Below are positions 27,002-37,367 of a DNA stretch of 64,000 nucleotides, piece by piece. The notes beneath the pieces were generated by a model that saw only the letters and a list, made by a program, of their open reading frames with translations, ran no database searches and was not told where the DNA came from. The stretch spans positions 18,290,001 to 18,354,000 of the forward strand of contig JBHGNT010000010.1 in the NCBI GenBank assembly GCA_043228905.1. The letters run 5' to 3'. The translations under genes and the position numbers were made by a program. Each line of letters opens with the position of its first letter. Position 1 is the stretch's first letter. Source of the stretch: Azolla caroliniana (Eukaryota > Plantae > Polypodiophyta).

Positions 27002-29259
27002 CATTCCCTCACATATGCTTATCAAATTCTACTCAAGAGTTGGCACATAGTGAATCATCCTTGAGAAAATTCTGAGTTTGCTTCCACTTTAGCAACAAAA
27101 AGGCATTAAATTGTGAGCATTTTCCCATGTAAATCAACATTTTAATTAATAATGAAAGTTTCAATGATCATTAGATTTTATGTTTTGGTGAAAAGTCACG
27201 ATTGATGACATTTTGTAAGAAGAAAAAGAAAAGTAGTAGGGGGTATATGTACTATTTTAAGAATGTGGAAGTGAAAGATACCTTGCCAAAAAAAGGCAAT
27301 ATTTTTAAATGTATCTAATCGAGACAACCTAACCTACCTTGAAGAGTAAAGATATCTAAACTTTTCAAATAATTTAAAGTCCGTACAAAAGGATGGGTGC
27401 GTGGACATGGAAGTTAAGATACAAAAATAATAGAGGGACAATGAAAAGATAGAAAGGGATTGGAACATCAAGTAATGTGTACAAATTTGGCATGTTCTTC
27501 GACACATAATTTAAAAACTTGACACATGCCATTGTGCAAGATATTTCAACAAAGTGTTTGTTAAGTAAGATAAGGTCATCCACGTAGAAAAAATGGGATT
27601 GCATCAACCTTTTGGAATGTGGCTTTGCATGATATGTAATGTGGATGCACAATCGTAAACAACTACAATTGCCTCCCTATTAAATGATTGTTTGTAGAAA
27701 TATATGACGGTGTAGGATTTCTTTTTTCAAATGCATACTTGTTCTCTTATTCAATAATTGGTTTTGTGATGGAATCTAGTAGTAGTCGATAGAGAAGGTG
27801 CGAGAATTAATGCATATGAATGTTTCATGTGAGTCTTGAGACCCAATTGTCACTCTTTCCATTACTCCATATACATGCCACTGGAAGGTAGGGGTTGAAC
27901 CGATGACTTCCTACTCTCCATTGGGTAACCTTAGCAGCTAAGCTACATCCATCTCCCTTATTATCTATCTCTCATCTATCTAATCACCCTATGCAATTAG
28001 TCTTATACAACATTGTTTAGCTCCCTAAAGGTGTAACCTAAAGATAATGTAATAAAAATCCCCTCATCATATAGAAGACAATAACTTGTATTTAAATTCC
28101 AATAATTTTTAATGTAAAAGTCTATTAAAAAACATCTTGATAATGGAGGATAGGAAAGCACCAACCAGTAAGTCACATGAAAAAACTCAACGGACAAACA
28201 TATTGCCACAACTACAAAATGTGTAGCTTCAAGCAATAGTACTAACATTTTGTCATATGTGGAAAACAAAAACAATGATGTTTTTTACCATGGGTTTTTC
28301 ACGAGCATTGCTAGAAGAGAGAAATTTATGTTATCTTTATATTTCCATATTTAATTACTAGAGGTCCATGCATGTATTGGTGAGCTTCTGTATCTTGGAA
28401 TCTCATCAAGTGTTCAAAGCCCAAGTGCAAATTTTAAGAGCATTACTATACATGGTTAGTTTTCGCTTAAAGTAATTTACATCTTTCTTCCAATCACAGA
28501 TTGGTATGCAATAATTCAGAAGTCCTCTAGTTATGTTGGTCACGAAGGATGGGGCAAGTGCCTTTACAACCTCAAACTTATTAACAAAACCCAAGCACTT
28601 CACAATCAAGCACATTCACAAATGGGGGCAAGTACCTATAACAATAGATCTCCACAATTGATCACATTCAAGTTCCACTTAAACAATCTATTCTATGGCT
28701 TACTAAACCATTTGAGTGGGTGATTATGTTCATTCCACGGTGCATGCTTACTCAACATCTATGTCTTAATTGCATCATCATATGATGAGGGCTTCGAAAA
28801 CAAAACATAAATTCTTCTATTAATCCTTTACGGCATTTACATTCATCGCAAACTTCCATATCTCTATGTTATATAACCTTCATTCAACTATTTTGGGCTT
28901 GAAATATGGTGGTACATTCCCCCTAAAACAAAATCTTATGGGTACAACACAAATGATTCTGTTACAGGGCGGAGAGATAGTGAGAGAAATCCCAATCAGA
29001 TTGTAGCTTAGAGCTTGCTGGTAATGTTGTCTGCAGGATATCAAAATGTCATGAGTTGAGCCCCTACATTGTGCGCCACATCTAGTGAACTAGTGCATTT
29101 AGTAAGGTTGGAACTGATTGCATGTAGTAAAAAACTGGCTTACCATTAGGGTATAGATCAAATACAAAGAGAAACAGATAGGTCAATTGTTTCGAAACAG
29201 GTATAGCCATAGTACGAAAAAACACATAGTTTCAATATCTATCTATCTATCTATCTATG

Positions 29260-29313
<54 letters not shown>

Positions 29314-29389
29314 ATAACATATCCTCCATGTGGTTACTCAGCACTTGATTGAATGTATCATGCTCCCACAGTATTGATTAACATGGTTC

Positions 29390-32300
29390 TCAACATTGAG
29401 TGCGATAGATATAGCAATCTAAAGTTGCATTTTGGGTCCTTTTCCTTTTCCTTGATTGTTTCAGATTCGTATATTTACCTTTGACGAGATGATGTATTGA
29501 AGGTTGACCAATCAAATTCCTCGAGATATGTTCCTGAGAGCTCAAGTCTAATGCAAAGCAATAGTCATCATGCACTTGGCTTGATTGAGCATGTCCATTA
29601 AGTTGTTCTTGTGAATTCAGATCTAATGCTAAATGATAGTCATCATGCTCTTGTCTTGATTGAGGTTCTCTACCATCAAGTTCTTGTCCACATTTTTCAC
29701 AAATGAGCTGACGCAGATCTCCCGAATCCTCAGTGTCTAATAAAAGTGATCCACTCGAGTGAGTTCTATTCCCAAGTACCTCTTCTTCTGTCTTTGCATT
29801 TAAGTGGTCATCCACCTTAACATCATCATTATCCATCCTCCCAATACAAGAGGTATACATGGCACGCTCAGGTGTAGAGGTCAGTTTTTCTTGTAAGTAA
29901 ACTTGTTCCTCTATAGATGGACTCAACATCCATTCATCTGTAAAAAAGCAGAAACATCAAAATTTATTTGAGAAACAACCAAATAAGTAGAAACACTCGT
30001 CTCTTTTTTACCTTCACAATGTTCTTCTTCTTCTATGTCCAGCTTCCCTCCCCATTGTGCGTGAACATTACTTCCACTACCTTGACCATTGTTGCTTAGG
30101 AATGGCGAGACAAGCTTTTCACAATCTTCCCGAAATGCCCGAGCTTCCCGTTTACTCACTACCTTTGAAACATATTTTAACCCTTGCCTTGGTCCATTAA
30201 AAAAGGAACGAATATCACGAGAAGCACCATTGCTCTCACATGGATTGGAAACAAAGTTTGTAGCACCGATGTTAAGCACCACAAGCGAGAAGGGTTGTCC
30301 TCCAATGGCATTTGTTAGCAACTTAATTGAAACAAATACAACAGAATCAATCCTGTTCTGAATTGGAACACTTGTTGAAAGAACCTCTAGAGGCATGGAG
30401 GCTGATGCACTCTTGAATGACCTATAAATGAGCATTTTCAGTTGGTGGTACTTGCAACTAAGGAAAAAAATAAAACACAACAAGATAGATGATATTCATG
30501 TATGCTTATATTACCAGTTCCCTGGATATCTCCATTTCATGGTAATGACATTTGGTCTTCTTGCATATTCTTCCTTATCTTCATCTAGCCTCGCAATAAA
30601 ATCCACCGCCAATCTTCTCACAATGTCCTAATGAAAATTTGGAACGAGCACTCTTTTCGTTTTAAGGCAGAATATATCGACATTCACAAGCACTATTCTT
30701 GCAAATCATAGATTATTACCCCAGTTTGCTTGAAGGAACTACAAGGCTGAAACGAATCCTCAACTGAAAGGGATTTAGGTGGACCTTTGTTTTGTACAAG
30801 ACTATTGTCTACACCTCTACAATTTTCATAAAGCAACGTGCCCATTCTGCTTCCAAACCTACTAATACGTAACAAAATGTGTTTCAATTTATTCACTCTC
30901 TCTAGTATCACCACAAGTCTTCTGGACAGAAAGGAGGTATATTATCGTCTCTAAGAGGCTAAATTGGCCAATGACACCCAACAATAATTTCATCTTATTA
31001 TGTTTTCTAATCATGAAGACCATCGAAAGAAAAATAAATTGATATAACAATATACCATTATAAATCTTATGAATATCACTACAAGAACCCATTACCGGGC
31101 GGATAGCTGTTGTAATGAGATTTGCTGTAAATCGGCAACTGTTGTTACTCCCATTTCATTCAACATAGACTCAGTCCGATGTCCAACACCAGGTAACTAT
31201 GTGAAAAGACCAATAATAGAAGGTTTTGAAGCCACATTACAACATATGTACCTTGGAATGCTGTTTGAAATACTAATGCCTACTTTACCAACATATATAT
31301 GAAATGGAAGGTTTTGACGCTAAGTTACTATGTAGAAATTTAATATTGTTAAGAGACTAAATAGTAGATATCCGTTTTACCTTGCGTATATGAAGGGGCT
31401 CAAGAAAAGTAGATATTGCAGAACTAAGTATGCAAGTCTGTTTGTTCGGTTTGTTTACTGAAGAGACCAGCTTTGCCAGCATTTTCTGGCACAAAAATCG
31501 TATTCAACTATATTAGTTGCAATATAGCAAGGATTATTGTTTGCTTTTCCAGTGAAATGCACATCAACGATAGTAGGGAATAGAACCATAAGAGATTTAC
31601 ATTGAAAGCTATCCCAGCTGAGCATTGAAACCCTGTTTCTTTCTCAACTGCAGCACGGATTTCCGCAACAACTTGGCTCCCGACCATAATATAATAATCA
31701 CTATTGTTCTGATCAATATTGCTGGCATATGAAACCTTAATATCATTCTCATTCACTCCAATGATTTCCAAACCAATCACATGCCTGGAAAAGTCTTTGA
31801 TTGGTATTGATACAACCCTCTTGAGCACCTCTGATGTAATATCTAATGCAGCTTCATCGAGACCTCGCCTATCGACAACCATATGAAGAGGAAATAAATG
31901 AATACTGACGAAAGGCCAAACAGATGCATCTCAAAAACATTGACAAGAGAGTAGAGTATATGTAATGCACCTCTCTAGAACACCAAAACGACCTATGACG
32001 GCCATAATATTTTTGCTTGCTGCTCGGTAAGGCGTTAAATCTTCTCCATTAAAGAGAATTAAATTAGGGCATCTGAACAAGTAATTAGAATTAGAATTAG
32101 AACTTTTTATCGTCCATAAAGAGGCCAGTTTTGACCTATGGGACTAGAGTATACATGTGTTCTTGATATGTGTCTCCTTCCTAGGAAGGGGTATTCCTAC
32201 ATTGAAGCACAAAGTCTCTATGTGTGAATAAAGAGACTTTGAACGAATCCACCATTATCAATCATACTTTCCCATAAATTCATGACAATGAAGGAAATAC

Positions 32301-32982
32301 GAATTCCAAAAAGACAATGACATACCTTTTCTTGGCCTCTTGGATAGATGCCATTTTCGGCACACCGAGTTGACGGGCCATATAATTACATGTCACTACC
32401 AAAGACTTCTATATTATAAAAACAAAAAACATATCATTTCATGAAAGGTATGTTCCTTAATAGAATTGACAGCATACAATTTCAGCAAGTGTTTATAATG
32501 TATAACAGCCAATATGTTGCATTTTCTAATGAGATCTAGAACAGACATAACGAATCGTTTCATTTAAAACCAACAGGGTGGTGCATGCATGCATGCATGT
32601 ATGTTATGTATGTATGTATGTATGTATGTATGTATGTATGTATGTATGTATGTATGTATGTTATGTATGTTATGTATGTTATGTATGTTATGTATGTTAT
32701 GTATGTTATGTATGTTATGTATGTTATGTATGTTATGTATGTATGTATGTATGTATGTTATGTATGTTATGTATGTTATGTATGTTATATATGTATGTAT
32801 GTATGTATGTATGTTATGTATGTATTATACCTGTGTAACACCGACAGGGTGGTGTAGAAGGTGTGGTCGGCGGAGGATTTCAGACTGAGCATAGAAGCAG
32901 TCCACATCCTGATAAACCAATAACACAAATAAAAGAATTTGATAACAAATGAAAGAAATGGACCTGCTTTGAATCAGAGCTA

Positions 32983-33068
<86 letters not shown>

Positions 33069-33089
33069 ACGCATCCATCAGGATGCAAA

Positions 33090-33128
<39 letters not shown>

Positions 33129-33218
33129 ATGAACAGATGAAAAGAAGGAACTCACGAAATAGGCCACAACAACTGGACGATGATGATGATGATGATGATG
33201 ATGAGCGATGGAATCCAT
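29390..33218 (-). CDS. POLI: Y-family translesion DNA polymerase, Pol iota-like, 11 exons, 669 aa
   Basis: Exons 33218-33156, 32908-32831, 32408-32326, 32072-31971, 31868-31601, 31485-31381, 31196-31096, 30858-30720, 30627-30515, 30421-30012, 29937-29390; all GT-AG, 2010 nt in frame. Motifs FDVDCFYAQ, VGVTQKSLVVTCNY.AR, CPNLILFNGEDLTPYR, GLDEA, CSAGIAFNKMLAKL..KPNKQT, LPGVG, PPKSLSVEDSF. The QK.LVVTCNY and NGEDLT.YR strings match Pol iota as I recall it. Confidence 0.88.
32597..33130. repeat. Intronic microsatellites (TATG/TATGT)n, (CA)n, (AAAT)n in the polymerase gene
   Basis: Visible directly at 32597-32824, 32987-33062 and 33087-33130. Confidence 0.9.
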
Positions 33219-34299
33219 TCCTCATTATCTGTGTAGCGATCTGAAGATAACTGAAGAAGAAGGCATCTTCTCTCAGAAACAAAGGGGGGGGGGGAGGAGA
33301 AGAGAGATTGATCGGAAGCCTTGAGGAATCACAACAATTGTTGATAATTGGTATTGTTTAGCATCCTGCATTCAGATTCAGAACAAAGGAAATGCATGAA
33401 GACATCCACAACTAATTATATGCTCACAAAGATCAGTAGAAAAAAACCTTGGAGGAGATAGGGTAAATCTCACTAAAAATAGTGAAGCCATTTAAACGCC
33501 GCCCTAATGTCAGAGGACACCAATTATATGCTCACAAAGATAACTAGAGAAAAAGGAGGAGATAGAGTAAAATCTCACTAACTAAAAATGGTGAAGCCAT
33601 ATAAATGCCACCCTAATGTTCATAAGAGGAATCTAGTTACCTCATTATAAAAAGCTATAAAAGCCATCTTTTGGTGACTTCACTAAACTCTTCTTCCTCA
33701 TTTGATCTTTTCTTTCATATAGTTTGTAGTAGACCTATACCTGCCCTGCCTTTTTCACCTCACCTAAAGAGTGATTAAGGTGAAGAACTAAGTACCTAAA
33801 CCCTAACCACTCTCTACCTCTTGTATGTGTGTTGTATACATATTCATAATACTAGAATTTATGTTTTATTATTATTTTGAGGTCTTCTTATGTCTATGTG
33901 TGTCTATCTAAGTGCTAATCTTCTATTAAGAGAGAGAGTTAACGAGAAAAAGAGGGGAGCGCAAGTTCTAATTAGACTAGGGTTGCGAAGCTACAAGCTC
34001 AAGGGTGATTGACAATCACTCTAACCACCCAACTCGCCACTTATCGGGTACACACTAGTCCACATCCTTCGGCCCAACGATATCGACAAATAGGGGTTTG
34101 GTTTGGAGGTGGGGTGGGGTGGCTAGAGGAGTGAGAAAAATAATGAAGACGGGAGTTAGCAGAGTTCCTGTTTGAGTGACATGGGAGTAGCACAAGATTG
34201 GCAAAGGCAAAATATACAAAGAGGTCGTATGGTAGTTTTTTTGTGTACAAGCATGGGTAACCATAAGGAATCAAAAACATTTTTAGTATAGAGGTGATA

Positions 34300-35649
34300 A
34301 GTGGTTATGCAGAAGGTGAATGATTAAGGGATACCATGTAGGTTAGGGATTTTAGTTGAAGGCTAAACACAATCTGGAGGGTCACATTTATGGTAGCGGG
34401 TGCTTTGAACTTGGGTTTGTTGAGGAAGATGTGTAGCAATTGGAGAATGTGGATCATTGCTCGGATGTTGGGACCATGTTAGCTTATGTTATGGTGCATG
34501 AATAACTCCATGGTTGTAAGCATGTACTCCTCAATAGAGCCACCATGTGATGGTGGTAGACTTATTGGCCAATTCAAAAGGAGATTGGGAGACATACATT
34601 GACTCATGGTATATTCGAGCCAAGACCACATATGTAGTGTTGAAAAGAAAGTGCAATTGATTTGGATTGATGAGGTGTGCATGATGAGGGGTTTTGCCAA
34701 AATTCCATGGGGCCTTGAATGTCTTGGTACCACCCTCAAGAGGGAGTTGGATTGGTTCGAGACCTCTCATGAGTTTTAGTGTGTAGACATAGGGGTATTA
34801 GAGACTATTGATATCATGGTTTCCCCAACTAGTTGTTAGATATTGATTGGGCATAGACATTTTAGAATGAGCAATATGTCATATATGTCAAATTACCATG
34901 GGATGGGGGTCATGCATTGATTGTTCAAGTGGTTATCAAGGTCCTAGTCGATCCAATCCAACACTTTGTGAAACACATGTTGTGTTTCAAACTACTTGGC
35001 CAAGTTGAAATAGGTATGATGCTTTGAGTGTAGCCAAATCCTTGATGATGTTGGGGTGGGGGAGGAGTCTTTCTCGATTGTAGTCGATGTTTGTCGTATC
35101 TTCCCTTGTTCTTGATCCTAGCAACCTTTAACTGGCTGAATGCCAATTCCAAGTATTTTGGCCACCTCTCTAGTTGTCTTATCCTCATTGCAAGAAGCTT
35201 TTGTCTTCTCATCTCATTTTCCTATGACATTGCCACCAACGACATAATCCTCTCTTCTATGGGCATTATCAGCTTTCGACCTTACATGAGCTTGACTTGC
35301 ATGAACCCTGTTACTGAGATACTAGTTGTTGTATCGACCACATTTCATAAGTTAGTAATTGAGGCTAATAGCCAACCCTTCCTTCACAAACTCTCACAAT
35401 TGCCTTGACTATGGGATTGTGCCCACACTCTAGCTTCTGATTGACTTTCATGGAACTTAGACACCAAAGTTGTTTATTTTTGCTTGTAAACAACCCTTGG
35501 TGGCATCCTCATCCTCTTCTTTAGGGACTTCCAAAGATATTGTCCTTGTAGGAAGTACTAATATGCCTTCTTTTAGATTTTCTACACTTCCTCCAAGGCC
35601 CACAAAACATATGTTACCATTGAGTTCAAGAATCTTCCTACATACAACC
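34300..35649 (-). pseudogene. Highly degenerate LTR-retrotransposon remnant (Gypsy integrase-like fragments)
   Basis: ORF 34925-35212 (...LELAFSQLKVARIKNKGRYDK) resembles the integrase C-terminal helix; weak similarity only. Confidence 0.35.
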
Positions 35650-37367
35650 TGTTGAGAGATCAAGCTCAAATTAGTTTAGTTAGTTAGTTAGTTAACCATG
35701 TAACTTCGTAGTTACCTAGATATAATCTAGTTAGAAGTGTTGACTATAACGACTTAAATAGGACCTTGTACTTAAGTAAGATATTCTAGATCCTCCACTC
35801 CCAAGGTCATTTAATATAGGACTTACACCTTTGTACCTATATTATCCTCACACATGTGCACCCTTGCACATGAGGTCTATATATACCTCATTGTAGGTAT
35901 TTTTGTATTTGATGATCATAATGCTAATTTAATATACTTACTCATCCCCCATCTTGTGTTGTTCATAAGTGTATCTCTCCTCTCTCTCTTCCTCTCTCTC
36001 TCTCTCTCACACACACACATATCACATAATCTTTCGCACTTAACTTAATCACATAATTAGGTACTAATTAACCCATACTTAATTACTTACCTAATTCTTT
36101 ACATGGTATCAGAGCGTGTGGTTTAGAAAATCCACTAAGCTCACCCGACTCTGTGATTGTGGGTTCGAGATGTTGATGACAAAATCCATCTATCGGCTAC
36201 TGTAGTGCCGCTATGTAGCACGTGGACGTGATCGAAGGAAGAAAAGCAAAAGAAGAGAAGACACTATAATCAACATGAACACACAAATGGGTAGCTTGCT
36301 CCCTAGTGAAAAGCTAGATCGGAGCAATTATTCATCTTGGGAGTACAAGATGACCCAATACCTCGTCGGCCAAGGGTATTGAAGCTACATCAACGACGCT
36401 CAAGAAAATCGACCCGACTCAAAGAACGCCGACTATGCAACATGGGAGCAAGCAACAAGTTGAGTCATGTATTGCTTGGCAACATGTGTCCACGACCATA
36501 TACTTAGCCATATTTGAGATGCCAAGACGCCTAAAGAAGCGTGGGCGAACTTAAAGAAAATGTTCGCCGCCAACAGGACCGCCCGAAAGCTTCAACTCCG
36601 ACAAGAGTTGAACAACAATCGGCAAAAAGACATGTCTATGTCGGACTACACCGCCAAGATCAAGAGCATTTGCAACTCGCTTGGCTCCATCAAAATAAAC
36701 ATCGATGAAGACGAGATGGTTCAAGTATGCTTGGGCGGCCTCGCACAATGATTCGATCATTACGGACGGCAATCTTGGCGAGAGAAAACCCTCCTTCATT
36801 CTTCGAACTCCAATTAATGCTATTGGTCGAAGAGAACCATGTCTGAACCAAAAGCAAGACGTCTGTTGTATGTATGGCTGGACTAGCCGCAACACAGGTG
36901 TCTATCCGATATTTCTCCAAAGGGGTGGTAGGGATAGGATGTTAATACACGCGTATGATAATTACACTTAAGCACAGACGAAGACAAGATCAATAAGCAT
37001 AAGCAAAACTATATTAATTCTTCGTCACTTCATTACAAAACATCGGATCCTTTTATAGGCATCCGACCAGATTACAATCGGTGCTCTCAGGCAACCGTTA
37101 ACCGAAACCGAATCGGTTCGGATCCGGATCGGTTACAACTACCGGATCCGTCCCTCCTAATAATTCTATTTATCTATTTATCCGCTTCGACTCCGATTCA
37201 TTTTTGCTTTCCCATTTGCCTTCTTCTGACCGGCCAACACATGGCACGCCCGTGGGAAAGTGCGTTGCACTTCGAACCCACAGCCGGCTTCAGTCTTCCT
37301 CCAAAATATCCAGCAAACTCCGCTCAGAGGTTTCAAGTGTTGTCTTGCCTGTGCCGTCTCCGACTTC

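Noticed and set aside
32578-33282. MYVC/VC-repeat and poly-Ser ORFs
   Set aside because: Translations of intronic microsatellites or the wrong frame of polymerase exon 1.
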